The position numbers and the translations under genes were made by a program. Shown here in pieces: positions 20,187 through 28,687 of a stretch of 64,000 nt of DNA. Under the pieces are notes generated by a model. That model was not told the origin of the DNA and searched no databases. It was given only the letters and a program-made list of their open reading frames with translations. How positions within the stretch are numbered: the first letter of the stretch is position 1; every line of letters starts with the position of its first letter. The stretch covers positions 96,001 through 160,000 of the forward strand of contig CAVQXP010000002.1 of NCBI GenBank assembly GCA_963717935.1, given 5' to 3'. This DNA is from Candidatus Eiseniibacteriota bacterium. Lineage in GTDB: Bacteria > Eisenbacteria > RBG-16-71-46.

Positions 20187-21400
20187 GTGCCCGGCACCAG
20201 GTCGAGCCGCCGCCCACCGGCCAGGGAGACGTTGGGCAGGGCGCCGTTGGCGGCGAGCCCGTTGAGGAAGAACGTGTTCAGAGGGCCGTGCAGGTTGCGG
20301 TGGAGCGGCAGCAGGGCGGGGTCGGCGGGGCCCATGAATTCGGCCGAGCGGGCGAAGATGGACAGGTCCACGGTGCTGGAGCTGCCGTGGGGGTTCTCGC
20401 CGTGCATGAGGACGACCCGCCCGTTCGACACCAGGATCACGGGGATCGTGGCCTTCAGTCCGCCCTCGAACCGGATGCCGTTCGGCCCGGCGATGATGAC
20501 CAGGCAGTCCTGCCCCCCGAGACCGTCGATCAGCACCGGCTCGAAGACGAAGATGCCACGCGGCATCAGCCACACCGCGAGCCCCCGGGCCCGGACCTGG
20601 CAGCCGTAGGGATACAGTCTGAGCGAGAAGGTGGGATCGCTCTCGTCGGGGGTGCGGAAATACCCGACGTTCCCGCCAGCGCCCGCGTCGAGGCTGTAGA
20701 TGGGGTCGGTCGGGGTGCCCGACACGAGGGGCAGCGCGGCCAGGTCGATGGGACCTGGATGCTGGGTCAGGAATGGGGCCACGGCCGGCAGGGGGACCAC
20801 GGGGCTCTTGAAGATGCTGTCCGGCGGGGGCGGGTACAGGAGGGGCTTCCAATCCTCCGGATCCTGCGGCGAGCTGTCCCAGACCGGGCCATCGAGCCAC
20901 ACGCGCTGGTTGCGGTCCGGGTACGTCGGATCGGTGCTCACGGTCACGATCTCGATGCCTTCGCTCACGGTGAGGAGCGGGGAGTAATAGCTCAGGGCCC
21001 GGCTCGGGGTGAACAGCCCCTCGATCGTCCGTTGCGCGCCGTTCACCTCGGCGGTCACGCGGATGGTGACATCCGTGCCGTCCCAGTCGACCGCGCCGGT
21101 CGACTGGCCGTCCTGGATGGCCACGGCGGCGACGATGTTCTCGATCGGCGGGCTCTGCGCCACCACGTTCTCGAGATGGTACGGGGGCGTCGCGAGCACG
21201 AACTTGGCGCGCTCGATGCCGCCCGCCGCGGACTGGAACGCCTGCTCGCCATCGATCGAGCGCTGGAGGAACCGCGCCTCGTAGCTCGAGAGGCTGAAGA
21301 GCGACATGCCGATGATGGTGAGCGCGAGCACGAAGATGACGACCCCGATGAGGACGAAACCGGCCTCGCCCGGACGTGGACTGCGGTTGGACCGGGTCAC
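20165..21400 (-). CDS. PilX/GspK-like large minor pilin
   Basis: Prepilin site G|FVLIGV lacking Glu5, QAFQSAAGGIERA PilX N-terminal pattern. Confidence 0.72.
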   Translation of the reverse strand: MTRSNRSPRPGEAGFVLIGVVIFVLALTIIGMSLFSLSSYEARFLQRSIDGEQAFQSAAGGIERAKFVLATPPYHLENVVAQSPPIENIVAAVAIQDGQSTGAVDWDGTDVTIRVTAEVNGAQRTIEGLFTPSRALSYYSPLLTVSEGIEIVTVSTDPTYPDRNQRVWLDGPVWDSSPQDPEDWKPLLYPPPPDSIFKSPVVPLPAVAPFLTQHPGPIDLAALPLVSGTPTDPIYSLDAGAGGNVGYFRTPDESDPTFSLRLYPYGCQVRARGLAVWLMPRGIFVFEPVLIDGLGGQDCLVIIAGPNGIRFEGGLKATIPVILVSNGRVVLMHGENPHGSSSTVDLSIFARSAEFMGPADPALLPLHRNLHGPLNTFFLNGLAANGALPNVSLAGGRRLDLVPGTWHASDR

Positions 21401-21906
21401 GGCGACGGGGTCCCGCGATTGTAGAGTGCCGCGGCGGAGGTGATGCGCACCAGCTGCCCGTCGCCCGAGCGCAGCTCGATCAGGCGGATCTGCACCAGCC
21501 GGTCGAGGGTGTCGAGCTGGAAGCGCAGGACACGCGAGGCGACCACCGGGCCGTGGTCGCCCGGATGACCGAGCAGGTCGGTCGCCCCCTGGTGGACGAG
21601 CGAGTCGTTCCCGTCCCACCAGAAGCGCCACTGCTCGATCTGGTCCTGGTCGAAGAGCACGAGCCCCTGGTGGAGCGAATCGGGTGAGTCGATGACCTGG
21701 GCGATGCACGCCGCGCGCACGTGGTCCGAGACGGTTTCGACCAGCAGGGTGGCGTCGCGCTGGGCCAGCGCCTGGGTGGAGCCGGCCATCCACGTGGACT
21801 GGGAGCTGATGTAGAAGCTGACCATCCCCATCACGACCAGGGTGGACAGGGCCGTCACGATCGAGACCTCGACCAGCGTCAAGCCCCGTCCTGGATGCAG
21901 GTCCAT
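21397..21906 (-). CDS. PilW-like minor pilin
   Basis: G|LTLVEV prepilin cleavage/methylation motif. Confidence 0.78.
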   Translation of the reverse strand: MDLHPGRGLTLVEVSIVTALSTLVVMGMVSFYISSQSTWMAGSTQALAQRDATLLVETVSDHVRAACIAQVIDSPDSLHQGLVLFDQDQIEQWRFWWDGNDSLVHQGATDLLGHPGDHGPVVASRVLRFQLDTLDRLVQIRLIELRSGDGQLVRITSAAALYNRGTPSP

Positions 21907-21911
21907 GGTCT

Positions 21912-22349
21912 TCAATGGAGGGGGAAGAGCCGCGTGAGCGACGTGGTCTCGCCGGGAGTGAGCCGGCCCCAGGAGACGGTGACCGTCACCTTCTTGAGGT
22001 CGATGTCCCCGGCATGGATCCCGTCCGCCGGGTCGTCGTAGGCCTCGACCAGCCAGGACTCGCGGGCCACGGTCCGCCCGTCCACCTGGACGTCGAGCGG
22101 GCCATGCAGGCCGTACGTCAGGTCGGGGGCCGTGGCGGTCCCGGCGCTCAGCGTCTCCATCCGGCGCTGCGCCGCGGCCAGCGCCACGCGGGCGGCCTCG
22201 TACTGATTGACGAGCCCGCGGCCCGCGCCGAACGAATAGGCGAGGGCGACGACGGCGATGATCGCGATGACGGTCGCGACCACCACCTCCATCAGGCCCA
22301 CGCCCCGCTCGTTGCGGAGGATGAGTGGCGACGAACGATCGACGGCCAC
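21912..22349 (-). CDS. PilV-like minor pilin (start uncertain)
   Basis: RNERG|VGLMEVVVA prepilin motif; KKVTVTVSW C-terminal strand. Confidence 0.78.
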   Translation of the reverse strand: MAVDRSSPLILRNERGVGLMEVVVATVIAIIAVVALAYSFGAGRGLVNQYEAARVALAAAQRRMETLSAGTATAPDLTYGLHGPLDVQVDGRTVARESWLVEAYDDPADGIHAGDIDLKKVTVTVSWGRLTPGETTSLTRLFPLH

Positions 22350-22396
22350 GCAATCGAACGCGGTCGGTGTTGCTCCGTGACGTGCCAAGGTTCCTG

Positions 22397-22825
22397 CTAC
22401 TGGTCGGTGAATACGCCGCCCTCACCCTGTGCGTAGGTGTAGGTGACCCCGATCACCGGCTGGCTGCCCGTGTAGGTGGCGATGACCGTATACCCCGTTG
22501 CGTCAGCGGTCACCTGGAAGGTCCACTTGACCTTGGCGTCCTCGATGTTCAGGAGCACGTCGCCTTCCAGCGGCGTACCGGGTCTCCCTTCGAGTTCGTC
22601 CAGCGTGCCGTAGGTCGCCGGCACGCCCGGGTACTTGCTCTGCATCTTCAGGAAGTAGGCCTGCTCGGCCGTGGAGATCGCGCCGATCGCCGCCTTGGCT
22701 TCGGTACGCTGTGCGTCCTTCACGTAGTTGATGTAGAGCGGGACCGCCACCGCGGCGAGGATGGCCACGATCACGATGACCACCATGAGTTCCATCAAGG
22801 TGAAGCCCTTCTCGTTCCTGCGCAT
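22397..22825 (-). CDS. pilA: Type IV pilin, probable major pilin
   Basis: MRRNEKG|FTLMELMVVIVIVAILAAVAVP; strong GAGGAG ribosome-binding site upstream. Confidence 0.88.
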   Translation of the reverse strand: MRRNEKGFTLMELMVVIVIVAILAAVAVPLYINYVKDAQRTEAKAAIGAISTAEQAYFLKMQSKYPGVPATYGTLDELEGRPGTPLEGDVLLNIEDAKVKWTFQVTADATGYTVIATYTGSQPVIGVTYTYAQGEGGVFTDQ

Positions 22826-22967
22826 GATGCCTCTCCTCAGGGTTGCTGGCTCTCCGTCCGACGTTGCACGCGCGAACGGGTCGCCGTGCGGCGAATGATG
22901 CGAACTCCGCGCGCCGTTCCGTGCGGCGCGCAGCACCTGGTCCGGTTGCTCGCGATCCCGGACCCGA

Positions 22968-24230
22968 CTAGTGGCCCAGCAGGCCCTGACGCATGGCCTG
23001 GCCGAGGCTGAAGATGGGCAGGTAGAGCGCGATCAGCATGATGCCCACGATCGCCCCGAGGATGACGATCGCGATCGGCTCCACCAGCGAACTGAGCCCC
23101 TGCACCGCCGCCGACACGCGCTGCTCGTAGAAGTCGGCGGTGCGCCTGAGCATGTTGTCCAACTGCCCGGTCTCTTCGCCCGTGGCGGTCATCTGCACGA
23201 GCATCTCGGGGAAGACGCCGGTCTCCGTCATCGCCCGCGAGAGGCTGCTGCCCTGCTCGACCCGCAAGCGCACCTGCTCGATGCCCTGTTCGAGCACCCT
23301 GTTCCCGGGCACCGGGCGCAGGACCCTGAGCGCGTAGAGGATCTGCGTGCCGCTCGAGGTCAGCATGCCCAGGGTCCGGGCGAACTTCGTGATCGCGTAC
23401 ATCCGGATGAGCGGGCCGAAGACCGGGAGCCCGAACTTGGCCCGGTCGATCCACATCCGCCCGGCCTCGGTGCGCGCGGCGTTCCAGCCGGCCACCACGG
23501 CCACCGCCGTGAGCAGGAGCGTCGCTGCGAGGTTCCGGGTGATGGTGTGGCTGATGGCCAGCAGGACGAGCGTGGGCCAGGGCAGCGGCACCTTGAACCG
23601 GCCGTAGATCTCCGAGAAGCGCGGGATGACCCAGAGCAGCATGCCCACCAGGACGAGCATCGAGAAGACGAGCACGAAGGTCGGGTAGCGCAGGGCCGCC
23701 TCGACCTTGAGCCGCAGCTCCTCGGCGCGCTCGAGGTAGGTGGCGGTCTGATCGAGGATCTGGTCGAGCGTGCCGCTGATCTCGCCGGTGTTCACCAGGC
23801 TCACGAACACCTCGTCGAAGGCCTCGGGGTGCCGGGCCATCGCGGTGGCCAGCGTATCGCCCTTCTGCACGTCGTCGGCCACGTGATTGAGGATGGTCGC
23901 CAGGCGCCGGTCCTCGTGGTCGCGGCAGATCGAGCGCAGCGACTTCACCAGCGGCAGCCCGGCGCCCACCATGGTCGAGAGCTGGCGCGCGAAGAGCGCC
24001 ACCGAGGCCGGTTTCACCGTGCCCCTCAGGCGCCGCCCGAAGCCGTGCCACAGGGCGCCCAGGTCCGCGCCCGGCGCGGCCTCGCCCTCGGCGGCGCGCG
24101 TCTCGATCGAGACCGGCACGAGCTGCGCGTTCTCCAGGATGCGCAGCACGTCCTCCTCGGAGTTGGCCACCTCGACCCCCTCGTGAGGACGTCCGTCCAG
24201 GCCGCGCGCGCGGTAGTGGAAACTCGGCAT
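22968..24230 (-). CDS. pilC: Type IV pilus platform protein PilC (T2SS F family)
   Basis: FARQLSTMVGAGLPL, GEISGTLD, GEETGQLD, EPIAI, YLPIF. Confidence 0.95.
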   Translation of the reverse strand: MPSFHYRARGLDGRPHEGVEVANSEEDVLRILENAQLVPVSIETRAAEGEAAPGADLGALWHGFGRRLRGTVKPASVALFARQLSTMVGAGLPLVKSLRSICRDHEDRRLATILNHVADDVQKGDTLATAMARHPEAFDEVFVSLVNTGEISGTLDQILDQTATYLERAEELRLKVEAALRYPTFVLVFSMLVLVGMLLWVIPRFSEIYGRFKVPLPWPTLVLLAISHTITRNLAATLLLTAVAVVAGWNAARTEAGRMWIDRAKFGLPVFGPLIRMYAITKFARTLGMLTSSGTQILYALRVLRPVPGNRVLEQGIEQVRLRVEQGSSLSRAMTETGVFPEMLVQMTATGEETGQLDNMLRRTADFYEQRVSAAVQGLSSLVEPIAIVILGAIVGIMLIALYLPIFSLGQAMRQGLLGH

Positions 24231-25951
24231 CAGGCGTGGTCCGCGAGCGTGGCGTAGCGCACTTCGTCGATGGTGGTCACGCCCTCGAGGATCTTGCGGA
24301 TGCCGCTCTTGCGCAGGGTCACGAGGCCCTCGCCCATGGCGTGCTGCTTGATCTGGTCCTCGTTGAGCCCGTCCAGCACCATGCGGCGCATGCCGCGCGA
24401 CAGTTCGAGCACCTCGAACAGGGCGGTGCGCCCCAGGTAGCCGGTCTGCTTGCACGCGAGGCAGCCGCGCCCGCGCCACAGGCGGCGGCCGGCCAGCAGC
24501 GCGCCGTCGTCGCCGAGCGGGGCGAGTTGCTCGGGGTCGGCGATGTAGCTCTCCTTGCAGCGCTCGCAGACGCGGCGCACCAGGCGCTGCGCCATCACCA
24601 GCGCCACCGCCGAACCCACCAGGTAGCGCGGCACGCCCATGTCGATCAGGCGGGTCACGGTGCCGGGGGTGTCGTTGGCGTGCACGCTCGAGAGCATGAG
24701 GTGCCCGGTGAGGGCGCTCTTGACCGCGATGTCGGCGGTCTCGGCGTCGCGGATCTCGCCGATCATGATGATGTCCGGGTCCTGGCGCAGGATGGAGCGC
24801 AGGGCGCGCGCGAAGGTCATGCCGACCTTGTGGTTCGCGTGCACCTGGTTCACGCCCTCGATGTGGTACTCGATCGGGTCCTCGACCGAGATCAGGTTCT
24901 TCGAGACCGTCTTGATCTCGCTGAGCGCGGAGTAGAGCGTCGTGGTCTTGCCGCTGCCGGTCGGCCCGGAGACCAGGATCATGCCGTGGGGCAGGTGGAT
25001 GGCGCGGCGGAAGGCCTCGAGCCCGGAGCCGTCGAGGCCCAGGTTCTCGATCTCGCGCGTGAAGGCCTTCTTGTCGAAGAGGCGCATCACCACCTTCTCG
25101 CCGAAGGCCGTGGGCAGGGTGGAGACGCGGATGTCCACCTCGCGGTCGGGCAGGTGCACGGTCAGGCGCCCGTCCTGCGGCAGCAGGCGCACGGCGATGT
25201 CGACGTCGGCCAGCACCTTGATGCGCGAGACGATGGCCATCTGCAGGTTCTTGGGCGGCTTCATCACCTCGTGCAGGGCGCCGTCGATGCGGAAGCGCAC
25301 GGTGAGGCGGTCGCGCATCGGCTCCACGTGGATGTCGCTGGCGCGCGCGTCGATCGCCTCGGCCAGCATCAGGTTGACGAGCCGCACGACGGGCGCGTCC
25401 TCGACCTGCTGGCGCAGGGCGGCGAGGTCCACGTCCTCCTCCGCGGCCGCCGCCGAGAGGTCGATCTTGTCGAGGATCTCGCCCAGGTTCTCCGAGCTGC
25501 GGATCTTCTGGTAGAAGTTGTCGATCGCCTCGCGCGCCTCGCTCGGGTGGGCCAGGCAGACGCGCAGCGTGCAGCCCGTGAGGGCCCTCAGGTAATCGAG
25601 CGAGACCACGTCGAGCGGGTCGCCCACGGCGACGTCGAGCGTGTCGCCCTCGCGCCGGAGCGCGAGCAGCAGGGCCTGCCGGGCCAGGTGCTCGGGGACG
25701 AGCTCCACCGCCTCGGGGTCGGCTTTGGCGAGGTGCTCCGCGTCCACCACGCTCAGCGAGAACTGCTCGCCCAGCAGCTCGGTGACGTCGCGCTCCTTGA
25801 GCAGTCCCAGGCGCACCAGGGTCTGGCCCAGGCGCTCGCGCGGGTCCTGGCGCGAGCGCAGCGCCAGCGCCAGCTGCTCGGGGTCCACCCAGCCGCGCTC
25901 GATCAGCAACTCGCCGAAGCGACGCGTCGAAAGCCGGAACGAGAGGCTCAT
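24230..25951 (-). CDS. pilB: Type IV pilus extension ATPase PilB with N-terminal MshEN-like domain
   Basis: Walker A GPTGSGKTT, LRQDPDIIMIGEIRD, TGHLMLSSVH, tetracysteine CERC/CLAC. Confidence 0.95.
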   Translation of the reverse strand: MSLSFRLSTRRFGELLIERGWVDPEQLALALRSRQDPRERLGQTLVRLGLLKERDVTELLGEQFSLSVVDAEHLAKADPEAVELVPEHLARQALLLALRREGDTLDVAVGDPLDVVSLDYLRALTGCTLRVCLAHPSEAREAIDNFYQKIRSSENLGEILDKIDLSAAAAEEDVDLAALRQQVEDAPVVRLVNLMLAEAIDARASDIHVEPMRDRLTVRFRIDGALHEVMKPPKNLQMAIVSRIKVLADVDIAVRLLPQDGRLTVHLPDREVDIRVSTLPTAFGEKVVMRLFDKKAFTREIENLGLDGSGLEAFRRAIHLPHGMILVSGPTGSGKTTTLYSALSEIKTVSKNLISVEDPIEYHIEGVNQVHANHKVGMTFARALRSILRQDPDIIMIGEIRDAETADIAVKSALTGHLMLSSVHANDTPGTVTRLIDMGVPRYLVGSAVALVMAQRLVRRVCERCKESYIADPEQLAPLGDDGALLAGRRLWRGRGCLACKQTGYLGRTALFEVLELSRGMRRMVLDGLNEDQIKQHAMGEGLVTLRKSGIRKILEGVTTIDEVRYATLADHA

Positions 25952-25952
25952 C

Positions 25953-27077
25953 TCAGGTCCTCCGTGCGCCCGATTCGGGGACGACCGCCACGCGGTAGTA
26001 GCGCTTCTGCAGCACGCTGCGCTTCTCGGTGTCCTCGAAGAAGGGGTAGGCGGTCTCGAAGGTGACCGTGCCGCGGTCCACCAGATCGGCGAGCGAGTCG
26101 TCGAGCGAGATCATGTCCTCGCGCGCTCCGGTGGCGATGGCGTTGGGGATCTGGTGGATCTTGTCCTCGCGGATCAGGTTCGCGACGGCCGGGTTGACGA
26201 ACAGGAGCTCGCGCGCGGCCACGCGGCCGCGGCCGTCCGCCCGCGGCAGCAGCACCTGCGCGACCACCGCCCGCAGCGTGAGCGCCAGCTGCGAGCGGAC
26301 CTGCGACTGCTGGTGCGGCGGGAACGAGTCGATGATGCGCGTCACGGTCTGCGCGGCGCTCTGCGTCGCCATCGTCGAGATGACCAGGTTGCCCGTCTCG
26401 GCGGCGCTGAGCGCGATGGCCATGCTGGCGAGGTCGCGCATCTCACCCACGAAGATGACGTTCGGCATCTGCCGCAACGCCCCGCGCAGACCGCGCGCGT
26501 AGCTCTTGGTGTCGGTGCCCACCTCGCGCTGCTCGAACACCGCGTTCTTCGGCTCGAACACGAACTCGATGGGATCCTCGACGGTCACGATGTGGCGTCG
26601 CAGGCCCTGCTGGTTCAGCTGCTCGAGCAGTGCGGCGATGGTCGTGGACTTGCCGGCGCCGGTCGGACCGGTCACCAGCACCAGGCCGCGTGCGATGCCC
26701 AGCACGCGGCTGACCACGTGGGGGGGCAGTCCCAGCTCCGAGGGCAGGGGGATCTGGAGCGGGACGACGCGGACCGCGGCGCCCCAGTGGCCCCGCTGGA
26801 TGAAGAGGTTCACGCGGAAGTGGGCGACGCCCGGCAGGAAGAAGCGCGTGTCCAGCTCCAGGTCGCGCAGGAAGCGCTCGTGCAGGGCCGGGTTGAGGAA
26901 GCTCTCGGCCAGCCGGCGGGACTCCATGGGCGTCAACGGATCGATGCCCGGCAACGGCTGGAGCACCCCGGCCACGGTCACCATCACGGGGTGACCCGTG
27001 GTGATAAGCAGGTCGGAGGCGCCCAGTTCGACGGCCTGGTGCAGCACCGCGTCGCGCTGGAGCGGGGGTGGGGTCAT
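25953..27077 (-). CDS. pilT: PilT/PilU-family retraction ATPase with degenerate His box
   Basis: GPTGAGKSTT, TVEDPIE, QREVG, VGEMRD, AVANLIRE. Confidence 0.9.
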   Translation of the reverse strand: MTPPPLQRDAVLHQAVELGASDLLITTGHPVMVTVAGVLQPLPGIDPLTPMESRRLAESFLNPALHERFLRDLELDTRFFLPGVAHFRVNLFIQRGHWGAAVRVVPLQIPLPSELGLPPHVVSRVLGIARGLVLVTGPTGAGKSTTIAALLEQLNQQGLRRHIVTVEDPIEFVFEPKNAVFEQREVGTDTKSYARGLRGALRQMPNVIFVGEMRDLASMAIALSAAETGNLVISTMATQSAAQTVTRIIDSFPPHQQSQVRSQLALTLRAVVAQVLLPRADGRGRVAARELLFVNPAVANLIREDKIHQIPNAIATGAREDMISLDDSLADLVDRGTVTFETAYPFFEDTEKRSVLQKRYYRVAVVPESGARRT

Positions 27078-27288
27078 TGGCAAGCCGTCACGCCGGGTTC
27101 GGTCCCTTGTCTGGATGTCGTGGGGTGCGCTTCAAGCCGTGGGAAGAGCCGGCCCGTGCCCGATGCGAACCGGACGGTGCAGCCGACGCATGGAATCCCC
27201 TGTACGACAGGGACGCATGGAACGTTCCGCTGCAGCAGTCTTCCACGGCGGCGCCGGGGCCAAATGGATGAAAGCCTAGCGATGCCGG

Positions 27289-27318
27289 AGGATAGGTTCG
27301 GCTCCCGGCGGGTGTCAA
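27289..27318 (-). promoter_or_regulatory. Candidate sigma70 promoter for the pil operon
   Basis: TTGACA-N18-TATCCT about 210 nt upstream of pilT. Confidence 0.6.
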
Positions 27319-27874
27319 CGTGCCAGGTCAGCCCCGGCGGGGTCCCGCGGCCGGTCCCGTTTCGGGGAAAGTGACCCAGATCCCGACACCTTTCGCTGCG
27401 GTCGGGCCGGGTGCCCCGGTGGCTCCGGTGCCGGGGCTCGACCCGCCGGCCGGGAGCGGCGCCGGACGCCGGAGGGTTGCTCCCGGAAGAGTCCGCCCGC
27501 GCAGGGTCTGGCGGGGCGTTGCAGCCCGCGTCGTCCGACGGCGCCCGGGATGCAGTTTCCAATTCGCGCCGCCCGGCGTGCGCGCCGTCGCGGGATGCAA
27601 TGACGCCCGTAGCCGGGCGTCCGCCGTGGGGTTCCGGGTGCGGTGCCCGCGCCATGGCGTTGCCCGACGCCATCCATGCGCAGGGCACGCTTCGTGCTGA
27701 ACGGCTGGGCGGTTTTCGTGGTCCGGACGTCTTGCGCGGGGCCCGAGAGCCGCCCAGGGAAGGACGGTCTCCGTGCCCTCCGCCCTTCCCCGGACCGACG
27801 ACCTCGGAACAGACCCGCGGAAGGCGCTCCGCCACCGGATTGCATCCCCGGTGGCGGACGTGCCGGAGGACCTG

Positions 27875-28687
27875 ATGAAGCATCCTTGCCTCGCATCTGC
27901 CCTCTGTCTCCTGCTCCTCGGGACCCTCGCGGCCGATTCCCTCGCCCAGAACGCGTGGGACAGCGTGCCGCTCAGCTGGACCGCGCCCGGCGACGACAGC
28001 CTCTCGGGCACGGCGACCCAGTACGACCTGCGCTACGCGACCTCGGTGATCACCGCCGAGAACTTCGCGAGCGCGACGCAGGCCACGGGCGAACCCACGC
28101 CGGGTGCGCCCGGCACGAGCCAGAGCCACACGGTGACGGGTCTCCAGCCCGCGACCACGTACTGGTTCGCCATCAAGACGGCCGACGACGCCGGCAACTG
28201 GGCGCTCCTCTCGAACGTGGTCTCCAGGGTCACCAGCGCCGCGCCCGATGTCATCCGGCCGGCTCCGGCGAGCGTGGCCGTCTCGGCCGTGAACGACAAC
28301 AGCGCGACGCTCGCCTGGACGGCGGTGGGGGACGACAGCCTCTCCGGTACCGCCACCTCGTACGAGGTCCGCTACTCGACCGCGCCCATCACGGACGCCA
28401 ACTTCGCGAGCGCGACCGCGGTCACGGGCGTGCCCGCGCCCGCCGCCCCCGGCACGGCGCAGAGCGTGGTGGTGGGCAGCCTGAACCGCCAGGTCACCTA
28501 CTACTTCGCGCTGCGGACGGCCGATGACGCCGGGAACCTCTCGGCGCTGTCGAACGTGCCCTCGGCGACCACGACCGACACCCTGGCCCCGGCCGCGATC
28601 CGCGACCTGGCCGCGAGCTTCGTCTGGATGTCATGGCACCTCTCGACGGGCCCGCCCGTGCGTGAGGCGCCGGAGGTCCGGTTGTGA
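27875..28687 (+). CDS. Secreted protein with two fibronectin type III-like repeats
   Basis: Signal peptide; two WTA(P/V)GDDSLSGTAxxY..RY...YxFA..TADDAGN repeats. Confidence 0.85.
   Translation: MKHPCLASALCLLLLGTLAADSLAQNAWDSVPLSWTAPGDDSLSGTATQYDLRYATSVITAENFASATQATGEPTPGAPGTSQSHTVTGLQPATTYWFAIKTADDAGNWALLSNVVSRVTSAAPDVIRPAPASVAVSAVNDNSATLAWTAVGDDSLSGTATSYEVRYSTAPITDANFASATAVTGVPAPAAPGTAQSVVVGSLNRQVTYYFALRTADDAGNLSALSNVPSATTTDTLAPAAIRDLAASFVWMSWHLSTGPPVREAPEVRL

Noticed and set aside
20170..27330. TGGCACG motifs upstream of pilM, pilV and pilT as sigma54 promoters
   Set aside because: No GC at the required -12 position in any of them
27315..27896. ORFs in the pilT-FN3 intergenic region
   Set aside because: Low-complexity translations with no ribosome-binding site or domain signal
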